Below, piece after piece: positions 16,860-26,526 of a stretch of 64,000 bases of DNA. A model generated the notes under the pieces. It was given only the letters and a program-made list of their open reading frames with translations, ran no database searches and was not told where the DNA came from. The DNA comes from an uncultured virus (IMG/VR IMGVR_UViG_2860903427_000006). Its lineage: Duplodnaviria; Heunggongvirae; Uroviricota; Caudoviricetes. Position numbers and translations under genes: made by a program. How positions within the stretch are numbered: the first letter of the stretch is position 1; each line of letters begins with the position of its first letter. The DNA is taken from positions 1 to 64,000 of IMG/VR virus record IMGVR_UViG_2860903427_000006; one strand, 5' to 3'.

Positions 16860-18946
16860 TACACCTTCTCCCAATTATTCTGGTCGGCAGGGTTCCCTCC
16901 CTTGAACCGGTATCCACTTCGCACCTCACCAGTTCGCGGAGCGACGGGTTGCGCCGACTGCGTTTGCTGGTCGATAAATTGTCCGGTCTGGTTGTTGAGT
17001 ACTCGTGCAGGGCGCGTCAGAAGTTGCATGGACTGCGGGTCGTACTCCTGGCCGCCAGGTACCACGGTGAAGCGATTCGGAGCGTCCTTACCAGCAAGCA
17101 CACGAATCTGTTCGGCGATCGCGGCGCGGTCTTCGGGAGCAGCCTTGTCGTACTGCTCGTACAGCTTCTCGATGCGCTGGGCGGCGCGGGTTTGGAAACC
17201 CCTGGCCTCTTGCTCACCAGCCAGGCGTTGGCGATCGAGTTCGTTGGAGGCGAGGAAGCGCGCGCCCTGCCCCATTTCCTGTAGAGCAGCGCGCTGATTG
17301 GCGCCCTGCTGCTGCACCTGCTCTCGCGCCAAGGCCGTGTCGTTATTCGCCCGAGTGCTCGCCAAGGACGTAGCATTGCGGTCATCGCTCTGCTGGAGCC
17401 CGAACAGGTTGTCGATCTGGCGGGCAGTTAACTGCCCGTTCGGCGAACCGCGATAAGGTGTTGAGGCTGCATTCAAGGCGGCCTGGCGAACGCTATCGGC
17501 CCGAGAGCTATCGGGAACCACGGTTACTCGAGGCGCGCTGGAGTTACCGGCGTTGTACTGAGCCAGCGCGTCCGGGGTCATCGGCGGTACCTGAGAAACA
17601 GTACTCGGACTGAACCCCATACCCACATCAGGCGTTCGGGCCAGCAGGTTCTCCACTGCGCGCTGGTTTTGAGCACTCCGCTGACCACCTGGGGTGAACC
17701 CGGCAGCTTGAGCTTCCCCGTTAACGGTGTAGCCCGGGCGGATTGTTGTGCCGGAGAAGCTGTTGCCCTCCCGCGTCACGTTGTTGGGCAGGTCCGAGCC
17801 ACCGGCGCCTGGCATAGCGGCTCCAGTATTCGCCGCCGACTCCAACGCTCCGGTAGGCGAACCAGCAGCCGGCAACACCTGGCCTCGCCCGGGCACAGCA
17901 CTGGAACTTGGACCTGCTGCACCCTGGGCCGCTTGCTGACCACGAAGCGCCGGCGGAGTGTCATCCCATCCGAATAGCCCTTTACCGAAGTTGACCACCG
18001 GTTCAGCCAATCGACCGACATCCTCTCCAGCATCAGCGAATGCTGCCGGAACCGCCGCAAGCGCCCCACGCACGCCAGTCCCAAAGCCTCGGGCATACTC
18101 ACCCGATGCCCACTGCTGCGCTACGTCGTCACCCGTCCCGCGGAGAACCGAGTCGGTTCGCCAGCCTGGCCCTTCAGTACGGTACTGCGGAGTGAAACCA
18201 GCAGCTTTAGATCGATCAGGGCCCGTTACCGGTTGATCAAACTGAGCCTGCATCCTTGCCGCTCTGGCTGGGTCATTACCTTGTCGCGATGGCGCGAAAC
18301 CTTGTGTCGACGGTATATCGGGCAGTGGTCCGGCCTGTGCAATGGCCTGTTGCTGCCGTGCCGCGTCCGAACGTGCCTGGGCGTTGGCGGTATAGAGATT
18401 GTCGCTGTATCCCGGCGCAACACCTGGCTGGAGCTTTGCAGCATCAGCAGTGCGCTGACGGTGCACAGCGAGAGCCTGCTGCTCGGCATCGATGTTGGCC
18501 TGGGCCTTCGCCATGGTAGGGTTTGAGCTGTAGCCGCTGATGACCTGCTGCGGCCGCTTCCGTCGCTCTTCCACTACGCCACCGTCGGCAAAAAACATCT
18601 CCGGCTTGCCGGGGGCGCTCTTTTCCGGTTTGAAGCCATCGGAACTCCGATCCGCTGGGGTGTGCGTGGCATCCTTCATTGCATCCAGAGCCTTCACGCC
18701 AACGGCATGAACTTGTTCCGGAGGCAGTTGAAACTCGCCGTCGCTCAAGTTAACCGCTACCGGCGCCCCGAGCCCCCCAAGTGCTTCCTCGCCGATCGCT
18801 TCCGTGGAATCAGCCGGCATGATGTAGGAGCCCGCCGGAACTTCTGCTTTGATGTCGTCGGAGGTTCCGGTCCCCGGGCCAGTCACGCGCCCACCTTCAG
18901 CCAACTGCTGAACTTTGGATTTCGCGCCTTTCTTGAATCCGAACAT
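16859..18946 (-). CDS. putative internal virion/ejection protein
   Basis: 695 aa, Ala/Gln/Gly-rich; GG.V.GPGTGTSD and LSDGEF motifs; C-terminal GYRFKGGNP..NWEKV. Confidence 0.7.
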   Translation of the reverse strand: MFGFKKGAKSKVQQLAEGGRVTGPGTGTSDDIKAEVPAGSYIMPADSTEAIGEEALGGLGAPVAVNLSDGEFQLPPEQVHAVGVKALDAMKDATHTPADRSSDGFKPEKSAPGKPEMFFADGGVVEERRKRPQQVISGYSSNPTMAKAQANIDAEQQALAVHRQRTADAAKLQPGVAPGYSDNLYTANAQARSDAARQQQAIAQAGPLPDIPSTQGFAPSRQGNDPARAARMQAQFDQPVTGPDRSKAAGFTPQYRTEGPGWRTDSVLRGTGDDVAQQWASGEYARGFGTGVRGALAAVPAAFADAGEDVGRLAEPVVNFGKGLFGWDDTPPALRGQQAAQGAAGPSSSAVPGRGQVLPAAGSPTGALESAANTGAAMPGAGGSDLPNNVTREGNSFSGTTIRPGYTVNGEAQAAGFTPGGQRSAQNQRAVENLLARTPDVGMGFSPSTVSQVPPMTPDALAQYNAGNSSAPRVTVVPDSSRADSVRQAALNAASTPYRGSPNGQLTARQIDNLFGLQQSDDRNATSLASTRANNDTALAREQVQQQGANQRAALQEMGQGARFLASNELDRQRLAGEQEARGFQTRAAQRIEKLYEQYDKAAPEDRAAIAEQIRVLAGKDAPNRFTVVPGGQEYDPQSMQLLTRPARVLNNQTGQFIDQQTQSAQPVAPRTGEVRSGYRFKGGNPADQNNWEKV

Positions 18947-19011
18947 GGGTAGCCCCTAATAGAAACGGCCTGATACCGGAGCATGATCCAGTGCCAGGCC
19001 GCATCGGGACG

Positions 19012-19025
19012 AACCCTACGGGGGG
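19012..19025 (-). promoter_or_regulatory. late-promoter motif (ejection proteins)
   Basis: CCCCCCGTAGGGTT; -10-like GATCAT 25 nt after the core. Confidence 0.65.
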
Positions 19026-19027
19026 CG

Positions 19028-20923
19028 TCAGTAGTTGTAGTTGTAGCTGGTGGAAGTGCTTTCGCTCTTGCTTTCCGAACTGCTCGCGCTGCCGGAGCCA
19101 CTGATACTAGCCGACACGTGCGCCGCTGACAGAGCGCCGGCCGCTAGCTGAGCGGTGTACTGCCCCAGGGCCTTCGCCGCCTCCAGAGCGATCTGCGCCT
19201 GCTGTACGGCGTTCTGCATCTTCGCGGTGTACTCGCTGATCTGCATTTCGGCGTAAGCGATGTTGGTCCGGCTGTTCATGTCGGCAAAGCGAGATTGCAT
19301 TTCGGCGTCGGCCACGTTGGCGCTGGCCGCTGCGCGCCAGGCTTCTACCTGGGCCTGGAACACCGACGTGTTGTACTGCACCTCGCTCAGGTTGGCCTGC
19401 AGGGTGGCCTTGTAGGCGTCCACGTCCGCCAAGAACTTCGACACCTTGGTGCGCGCCGCCTCCATCTTGATCTGCGCGCCCTTGACCTTGACATCGGCCT
19501 TGTTCGCCAACCCCTGAATGGTCGAAGCGTAGGCGCGGGCCTGCGCATCGAGCACGTCCGCCTTGGCCGACTCGCCCTTGACGCGGGCCTCGTAGGCGTC
19601 GAACTTGACCTTCTCGGCGCCGATCTGCTCGGCATACGCCTGCACGTCTGCGCGGTAGGCGTCGAACTGGTTCTTGATCGTCTCGGCGCGCACGGATGCC
19701 CCCTGCATCAGCGCCTTGTAGACCTCGACGCTCGACTGTACGGCGTCCAGCTTGGCCTTGAACACCTCGACGCGCTGCTGGTTGATCTGCCCCAGCGCCA
19801 CCTGGCCCTCCACGGCGGTCTTGTAGGCAGTCAGCTTGGAGATAGCCGCATCCAGCTTGGTGCGGTAGACCTGCGCCAGCGTCTCGAAGGCCGCGTTCTG
19901 CGCGTTGAACAGGCTGATCTGCGCGTTGAACACGTTGATCTGGCTTTCCGCGTGGAAGCGGGCGACCTCGAACAGGCGCTGCGCCATGTTCTGGTGCATG
20001 TTCTCGGTCAACTGCTCGAGGGCCAGGCCCTGCTGCACGGCGAAGCGCAGGTTCTCGATTTCCCAGGTGGCCGCTTGCACCAGGATGTCGCGGTTCAGTT
20101 CGGCCGCCTTCAGCCGGCCTTGCTCGCGCACCACATCTACCTGCCTGGCGAGCATCCCCGGCGGCATGGAGAAATTGCGGGCGGCCCAAGTATCGACCGC
20201 CTCCTGCACCGCGCGGGTGGTTTCGCCACTGTCGCGTTCGCGGGCACGGGCGAACAGCGCCTGCTCGATGGGCGCCGGCAGTCCTGTGCCGCCCGCCATC
20301 AGTTCCTTGATCTTCGCTTGCAACTCGTCCAGCACCTCGGACTGGTACTCCGGCTCCAGCCAGTTGATGAAGACGTTGGGCACCGTGATCCCGCTCGCGT
20401 CCGGCGGCGTGGCGTCGAACGTAGGCAACTCGGGGAACACGAATTCCGGCAGTCGGATCTGTTCCAGCGCTTCCATGTCCGGCATGGCGATCTGCGGCGC
20501 ATCGGGAATCTCCACCGTGGTGTCGATGTCCGGGCGTTCCGGCACCGGGATGGCCGTCATGCTCGGCGCGTCCGGGATGTTGATCGGAATCATTGTCGGC
20601 GCGTCGGGTAGGTCGTCCATGTCGCCCACATCCAGGTCGGCCAGCAGGTCGTCGATATTCAGGCCCCCAGGGGCTTCCGGCTTGACCAGCGGCGACGGGT
20701 TATAGGTCGGCTGCTCGCCCAGGTTGACGGGCGGCGGCGACGCGATAGGCGCATCCGGCCGCGTCGGTGCCGGCACATCCGCTACCGTAATGTTGCCGAT
20801 GGCCGCCAGAGCTTCGCTGAGTTGCGCGCTGTAGTTGCGCGCCAGCGTGTCCAGGTCGTTGATTTTGTCGGTGACGGTTTCCACCGCCACGCCAAGGATG
20901 CTGTCCGGTGCGATACCCATCAC
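19028..20923 (-). CDS. virion structural protein (Pro-rich N-terminus, long coiled coil)
   Basis: 631-aa ORF in the virion operon, stop/start coupled. Confidence 0.7.
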   Translation of the reverse strand: MMGIAPDSILGVAVETVTDKINDLDTLARNYSAQLSEALAAIGNITVADVPAPTRPDAPIASPPPVNLGEQPTYNPSPLVKPEAPGGLNIDDLLADLDVGDMDDLPDAPTMIPINIPDAPSMTAIPVPERPDIDTTVEIPDAPQIAMPDMEALEQIRLPEFVFPELPTFDATPPDASGITVPNVFINWLEPEYQSEVLDELQAKIKELMAGGTGLPAPIEQALFARARERDSGETTRAVQEAVDTWAARNFSMPPGMLARQVDVVREQGRLKAAELNRDILVQAATWEIENLRFAVQQGLALEQLTENMHQNMAQRLFEVARFHAESQINVFNAQISLFNAQNAAFETLAQVYRTKLDAAISKLTAYKTAVEGQVALGQINQQRVEVFKAKLDAVQSSVEVYKALMQGASVRAETIKNQFDAYRADVQAYAEQIGAEKVKFDAYEARVKGESAKADVLDAQARAYASTIQGLANKADVKVKGAQIKMEAARTKVSKFLADVDAYKATLQANLSEVQYNTSVFQAQVEAWRAAASANVADAEMQSRFADMNSRTNIAYAEMQISEYTAKMQNAVQQAQIALEAAKALGQYTAQLAAGALSAAHVSASISGSGSASSSESKSESTSTSYNYNY

Positions 20924-22083
20924 ACTCTCCTGTTGGTCGGCGCCGATTCGACGCTCAGGTCATTGATATAGCCGTGCCGGCCGGTCAGGCGAAGCGTGAA
21001 CGTGAAGTGCCTGCCGCGCAGGCCCCGGCCGAACTTGAAGCGCCCATTGGTCAACTCGTCTGCAGGCTCGCTCTCCAGCGGGTAGCTGTAGGTCGCTGCG
21101 CTGCCGCTTTGCGTGGTGGTCACGTCCATGGCCACCGTGCCATCAGCATCCAGTGCATACTCCAGATAGGCGCTATGCGGATGCACCAGCGCGCCCTGGC
21201 CGATGTCCAGTTTCCCGGTCGCGATTCTGCCGGCCACCGGCTGGCTGTCACCGTCCAGCGCATAAACGCCGTCTTCGGCGATGCCGTACAGCCGACCGTC
21301 GATCACAGCAAGCGACCGGAAGGTATACGGCGCGTAGCGGCTCATCGCCCAACTATCGACGTTTGCGGTCCAAGCCTGGCCGCCGTCCTGGTCGCCCCCC
21401 ACGGTGATGTCCTCGATCACCACGGCATCCGATACCAGGTCGCGCGCCGCCAGATGGTCCAGCACCAACGCGGCAATGCTCGCTCCGTCCACCAGCAGCG
21501 CCTGCACCGCCTGGTGCGCATCCATCACCTCATCGGTAAGGGAGGCCCCGTCCACCAGCAGAACACGACCATGCAGCGTTCCGCTTGCCTGGTCGCTCGC
21601 GGTGGCAACGTCCTCCACCAGCACGCTGGCGGACTGACCGGTGCTGTCGCTCATGCGCGCGGTATCCAGTACCAAAGTGAACGCATGGCGGGTACCTAGC
21701 ACCTCGTCCGCTACCGTCGCGCCATCCACCGCCAGGCTACGCACGTGCTCCAGCACCGCATCCGACGCTGTGGCGCCATCAGTGTGCAGGACGCGCAGGG
21801 TGCCGGTAACCCGATCTGCCGCCGTGACCGTCTCGACCACCAGCACCCTGCCATGGAGTTGGTCGCCGGCCGCATCGCTGATTACTGCCTGGTCGACCAG
21901 TAGGTGTGCCGGTCGATCCATGGTTTCGTCCGACACCGCGGCGCTGTCGGTGTGCAGCACTAGCAGGCCGTAGAGCACCGTCTCGCTGACGCGGGCAGTC
22001 CCTTCGCTGATGGCGGTCAGCCCCAGCCAGGTCTTGTCGCTGATCACCGCTGTGTCGTTGGAGTCGTCGCGGTAGTCACTCAT
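20920..22083 (-). CDS. virion protein with about 10 D.A..SD repeats
   Basis: 387 aa; 18-21-aa repeats followed by a globular C-terminal domain. Confidence 0.7.
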   Translation of the reverse strand: MSDYRDDSNDTAVISDKTWLGLTAISEGTARVSETVLYGLLVLHTDSAAVSDETMDRPAHLLVDQAVISDAAGDQLHGRVLVVETVTAADRVTGTLRVLHTDGATASDAVLEHVRSLAVDGATVADEVLGTRHAFTLVLDTARMSDSTGQSASVLVEDVATASDQASGTLHGRVLLVDGASLTDEVMDAHQAVQALLVDGASIAALVLDHLAARDLVSDAVVIEDITVGGDQDGGQAWTANVDSWAMSRYAPYTFRSLAVIDGRLYGIAEDGVYALDGDSQPVAGRIATGKLDIGQGALVHPHSAYLEYALDADGTVAMDVTTTQSGSAATYSYPLESEPADELTNGRFKFGRGLRGRHFTFTLRLTGRHGYINDLSVESAPTNRRV

Positions 22084-24673
22084 TGATTACCCCTATGAAA
22101 TGATGGGCCGTCTTATGGTCCGCCAGTCTGGTAGTTCCCCAGCGGCGACGAAGGCCGTCCTGCCCGGGTTCGTATATGCTGGCGTAGCGGGACTCGCCGA
22201 ACGTGATATGAACCGCGTCCTGGTAGAAGTAGAAGTCATCTTCCGGCGAGAACCCCCAGTACCAGGAGTGCGGAATTTCTCGGTTGACGACTGTCGCGCC
22301 GGCCACGGACAGGCAAACACTCAGGCGCCCGCTACTCTCGTTGGGGTACTGGGTGTCCTTACGGTACGGATCGAAACCTGGCGCCTCGCCGCCGATGATG
22401 ACGCCGTTGGCGTTATGCACGGAATTGCGGTAGGTGTACGGTCCGCATATGCCGGTGACGTCCAGGAAGCCACCAGGTGGTAAGTTCAGCCAGTTGCCGC
22501 TTTCGGCGAAGTCGCTGATTTCGGTGGGGCTGTAGACCAGCGTGTCGACATAGACCGGCACCCCATCCTTGGATGGCGGGTCGCCCCGGTTCCCGTTCCG
22601 CGTTTGCCCCATCCAGTGCCAAATGTCGTCGTAACACCAGAGTTGGTAGGACGTGGGGTCGGGCACGGCGCCCTGTGTGGTTTCCTCGTGGGAACTGCGC
22701 CCCCCGGTATGATCCTGGTAGGCATAGAGCATGCAATCGCGCTCGAACACCGGCACCAGCGCCGCCACGTCCAGGGTGAACGTCTCGGTAGTGTCTACCG
22801 TGGTACGGTGCATGTAGTACCTGGATCGGCTCACGCCGCCGACGCACCAGAGTGTTGGCGGCGTGGAGTAAGCCGGGTTGCCATAGCCCATGTCGGTGCC
22901 GACGATGTTGGTATGGACCGTTACCGCCGGCTGCTCCTGCCGATCGTCGAAGTCGGTCGTGTAGAAGAACCCCATCAGCCCGCTAAGACCAAAGGTTTCG
23001 GTCTTCTCCCACTGGCCGACGATCATGTACTGCTCGAACGTGCTTGTCGTTTCCTGCTGGAACTTGCGTTCGTCGTAGAAATACTTGATGACACGCAACT
23101 GGTCCTCGACATAGCAGCCGAAGACTATGGTGTCGCACTTCACTGCGCCGCCGGAATAGTCGGGCGAGATGTGCGGGAAGGACTCGCACCCCTGCCCCGT
23201 CAGTTCGGGGAACTTCAGGCGGGTGCAAGACTTCAAGACCTTGGACGGCCAGTAGAACGGTCCACTGGCCACGCGACTAATGTGCCCCTGATGCTGTGCG
23301 ATGGGGGGAAGTTCTAAATTCTCCCAATACTCGAGGTCACTGCCAGATTCCGTCGCGGCACGCGCCAAGATTTGCCCAACCGGAACGCGCCTGACTTTGT
23401 ACATGATGGCCAACTCACGCGCGCCGCCAGCGGATAGCGCGCTGTAAACCTTCGAAAGGTAGGCATTGAGCTTGGCGCGCTGCTCCTCGTCATCGAACTG
23501 CCATTCGTTCTCGATGCGCCCCTGGTTCTTCGCTGGTGCCAGCGACAAGCGCATCTTGTACGCGTGGACCCGCATTAGGCCGGTGTCGTCATAACCCCAA
23601 CAGGTGTTGAAACCTTCCGTACCTCGGCTGTTCATCGCCCAGCCGCAGGCCGTATACATCGGATTAAAGCTGTAGAAGTCAGCAGCATCGCAGACTTTGA
23701 TGATGACGCCCGCGCGACGCCATGCCTCGAACTCGCTGCCAGTGGGTGGGAAACCTTCCCCCGACGGCATCCCGCCGAAGCGATCCAACAGTCGCAGGAT
23801 CTCATCGTCGCCGACCTCCTCCACATATCGACGGAACGCATCGGTTGTGGTCGCCGGTACTACCGGCAGCGGCATAGCGTAGACGCCCTGGCCATCGATC
23901 TGTAGCAGCCATGGGCTGTTACTTGAGTCGAAGGCCACACCATGGCAACGAAACGCCACATACTCGCATTTGAACTGACCCGCTTCGTCAGGGAAGCCGC
24001 TGTAGCCGGGCAAACGCACATTTCCAAGCTGCTCGCGCACCAGTGCCATGTAGCGCTCTGGCACCAGCATGCGGACACGCTCCACATCGTTCTCCGGAAG
24101 ATCCTCCAGGCGCTGCCGCCCATAGCCGCCAGCCACCTGCATGACTTCAGCCATGGCCCCGCTGTACCAAGTCGGGCGTTGCTTGACGTACTGCGTGAAG
24201 GTGTAGATGCCCTGCTGGGGCGGCTCAAAGTATTGGAAGCGCGGTTCGTACTTGATGACGAAGCGTTGCAACGCCACATCCTTCGGCGGAAGCGCCGCTT
24301 TCGGGTCGTAGGCCACCAGCCGGCGCCGGGTCTGCTCGGTCAACCTGATGCCAACGCCCTGCCCGTCGGTCAGCACCTGGGCGCGGGTGATGACGCCGGA
24401 GAACAGCATGGGGATGTTGGTCTGTGCCACGCCGTCGAAACGGAATTGCGGAAGCTCATGCTGTTCGAGCACCAGGATGCGAAAAACCCCGCCCATGTCG
24501 ATGGCCACCGCCTGCCGGCCGCTGGGCAGGTCCGCAACGCGCTTCAGGTTGGCGAGGTCAGACGCCTGCTTGAAGTTCGTCAGGTTCCTGGCCAGCCGCT
24601 CGACAGCGGCGGCATCGGCGGCGGAGAGTTCCGCGTCTTCCGCGAAACGTCCGTAGGGGCGCGGCGAATACAT
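22076..24673 (-). CDS. putative tail/virion protein
   Basis: 865-aa aromatic-rich ORF in the virion operon. Confidence 0.65.
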   Translation of the reverse strand: MYSPRPYGRFAEDAELSAADAAAVERLARNLTNFKQASDLANLKRVADLPSGRQAVAIDMGGVFRILVLEQHELPQFRFDGVAQTNIPMLFSGVITRAQVLTDGQGVGIRLTEQTRRRLVAYDPKAALPPKDVALQRFVIKYEPRFQYFEPPQQGIYTFTQYVKQRPTWYSGAMAEVMQVAGGYGRQRLEDLPENDVERVRMLVPERYMALVREQLGNVRLPGYSGFPDEAGQFKCEYVAFRCHGVAFDSSNSPWLLQIDGQGVYAMPLPVVPATTTDAFRRYVEEVGDDEILRLLDRFGGMPSGEGFPPTGSEFEAWRRAGVIIKVCDAADFYSFNPMYTACGWAMNSRGTEGFNTCWGYDDTGLMRVHAYKMRLSLAPAKNQGRIENEWQFDDEEQRAKLNAYLSKVYSALSAGGARELAIMYKVRRVPVGQILARAATESGSDLEYWENLELPPIAQHQGHISRVASGPFYWPSKVLKSCTRLKFPELTGQGCESFPHISPDYSGGAVKCDTIVFGCYVEDQLRVIKYFYDERKFQQETTSTFEQYMIVGQWEKTETFGLSGLMGFFYTTDFDDRQEQPAVTVHTNIVGTDMGYGNPAYSTPPTLWCVGGVSRSRYYMHRTTVDTTETFTLDVAALVPVFERDCMLYAYQDHTGGRSSHEETTQGAVPDPTSYQLWCYDDIWHWMGQTRNGNRGDPPSKDGVPVYVDTLVYSPTEISDFAESGNWLNLPPGGFLDVTGICGPYTYRNSVHNANGVIIGGEAPGFDPYRKDTQYPNESSGRLSVCLSVAGATVVNREIPHSWYWGFSPEDDFYFYQDAVHITFGESRYASIYEPGQDGLRRRWGTTRLADHKTAHHFIGVINE

Positions 24674-24677
24674 CGGC

Positions 24678-25268
24678 TTAGACAGTCAGGTTCAGCCGGT
24701 AGCCGATATCGTAGGTGTCGCCGTTCTGGAACACACGAGTCGCCGCGTACTTCGAGGCCGATACCAGCGCACCCGTGGTGCCACCCTTGGTGCTGTTGGT
24801 CAGCAACGCGGCGCCGTTGACGTTGAGTTGCGACGCCGTGGCGATGGTTACGGTCGCGACCGCGTTCATGTTGTCGATGGAACCGGTAGCGGTATCGGTC
24901 GGCGTCCAGGCTGGGCGGGTAGCGCTGGTGTAACCCTCGGTCATGCTGGTGATCTCCGAGGCCACCGCGGCGAAGTTGGCGGCGGTCCAGTTGGCAGCAG
25001 GTGCTGCCGTCCCAGCGAACAGGGCCAGGAAATACGACACCTTGGGCTTGCTGCCCAGCGCGATGTTGAGGATGTGCGCCAGGCCCTCGGTGGGGATCAG
25101 GTTGTCGCCCTCCTTCTCCCACTCGCCGCTGTTGATGCGGCCGAAGTATTCGCCACCGGCCAGTACGCTGAGCCGCGGGAAGGCAATGCCGTTTTCGGTG
25201 ATGTCGAAGCTACCAGTGGCCAGGTCGGCGGCCAGTTCTTTGCGCAGAGCGCTGCTAATGCGTTGCAT
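24678..25268 (-). CDS. virion structural protein (beta-rich, Ala/Thr-rich)
   Basis: 196 aa, strongly biased codons, GGAGA RBS. Confidence 0.7.
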   Translation of the reverse strand: MQRISSALRKELAADLATGSFDITENGIAFPRLSVLAGGEYFGRINSGEWEKEGDNLIPTEGLAHILNIALGSKPKVSYFLALFAGTAAPAANWTAANFAAVASEITSMTEGYTSATRPAWTPTDTATGSIDNMNAVATVTIATASQLNVNGAALLTNSTKGGTTGALVSASKYAATRVFQNGDTYDIGYRLNLTV

Positions 25269-25290
25269 AGGGTTCTCTCCGAAGTCCCAT

Positions 25291-25308
25291 GCCGCACTCC
25301 TGCGCAGC
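25291..25308 (-). promoter_or_regulatory. AGGA-loop RNA hairpin (Csr/Rsm-like site)
   Basis: GCTGCGC-AGGA-GTGCGGC, 22 nt before ATG 25268. Confidence 0.6.
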
Positions 25309-25335
25309 GATTGAAGGCCCGATATTCGGGGTGAT

Positions 25336-26526
25336 TCAGCTTACAGCCGTCAGCAGACGGCGGTCGAACACTACAGAGGTACCGGCACGGCCGGTGATAC
25401 CGGTGAGCACGCCTGCATGAACTTCGGCGATGGCGCCACTGCTGGTGCCCATGACGTAGCCGTTCTCCGCCAGCCACACGGCAACCGGCGAGCCATCCGG
25501 TGATGCGTTGGTGCCTACCGCCTCGGCGGGGACCAGGATCGCACTACCAGGCACCGGAGCCCGCGATGCACGGCGCGACACGCTCAGGCTTGCCGGGTCG
25601 ATACCATCGAGAAAGGCGACGTGATCAACCTGCCCCACCCAGATCCCGCCGTCCACCGGCTGCAGGAAGGTAATGCGCTGGGGCATCTGCACGAACCCGT
25701 AACGCTCATCATGCAGGTGGTACGTCAGCGCTTCGGAGAATCGCAGCACGTTAGCGCGCGCGGTCAGCAGGCGCCCGCGCCAGTACGCCAGGTACTTGCC
25801 GGTGGGCATGGGCGACAGGTGGCGGAACTGCGCCGGTCGACCCAGCTCCGGTAGCGTCGGCAGGATGAGCGTGGCCGCGCCCAGCGGGTAGTCGCCGGCC
25901 AACAGCAGCTCGCCGCCATTCGCTCGCGTCAGGTAGAGGCGCGCGCCGGTAACGCTGGCATCCAGGCACAGCGGAAAGGTGACTTCCAGCGCGCCGGCAT
26001 CGGTCACGTCCGCGAAGGCGATCAGCGACGGCGCCGACTCCTGGGGGCCGCGCAGCCACGCCACAGCCGCGCCGTAGGTGCCTTGACTCAACGATCCGGC
26101 GCCTGCCACCAGCAGCGGCGGCGCCGGGGTGTCCAGCGTCAGGCGCTCGGCCTTCGCGCCATCGTAGGTGAAGATGCCCGCCGTTCCGGCGACGCACACC
26201 CGATTGTTCAGCACCTCGTGGGACAGGTCCCCTTCGCCGATCTGTGCGAGCGGCTCGAACGTCCATGAATGCGGATCGACCTTTCCCCACTGGTCGCCCA
26301 GGGCGCCGAAGGCGTCGCCGTGCAGTGGGCTTTGCCAGAGTTGGCGGAACGGCTGGTCCGTGACCTGGCGCGCAGAGGCCCGCAGTTGCGCCTTGCCGGC
26401 CGGCGACAGGTCTATGTTCACCGCCTCACGCACGTAGAGCCTCGGGCTCTCGCCGCCGCGTTGCAGCGCGGCATCTTCGGCGACGTTATTGATGCCGGCC
26501 AGCGGCATCAGGGAAGTCGTGGCCAT
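25336..26526 (-). CDS. putative tail tube/nozzle-like protein
   Basis: 396 aa; PLAGINN start, GRLLTA...LRFSE beta-propeller-like motifs. Confidence 0.6.
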   Translation of the reverse strand: MATTSLMPLAGINNVAEDAALQRGGESPRLYVREAVNIDLSPAGKAQLRASARQVTDQPFRQLWQSPLHGDAFGALGDQWGKVDPHSWTFEPLAQIGEGDLSHEVLNNRVCVAGTAGIFTYDGAKAERLTLDTPAPPLLVAGAGSLSQGTYGAAVAWLRGPQESAPSLIAFADVTDAGALEVTFPLCLDASVTGARLYLTRANGGELLLAGDYPLGAATLILPTLPELGRPAQFRHLSPMPTGKYLAYWRGRLLTARANVLRFSEALTYHLHDERYGFVQMPQRITFLQPVDGGIWVGQVDHVAFLDGIDPASLSVSRRASRAPVPGSAILVPAEAVGTNASPDGSPVAVWLAENGYVMGTSSGAIAEVHAGVLTGITGRAGTSVVFDRRLLTAVS

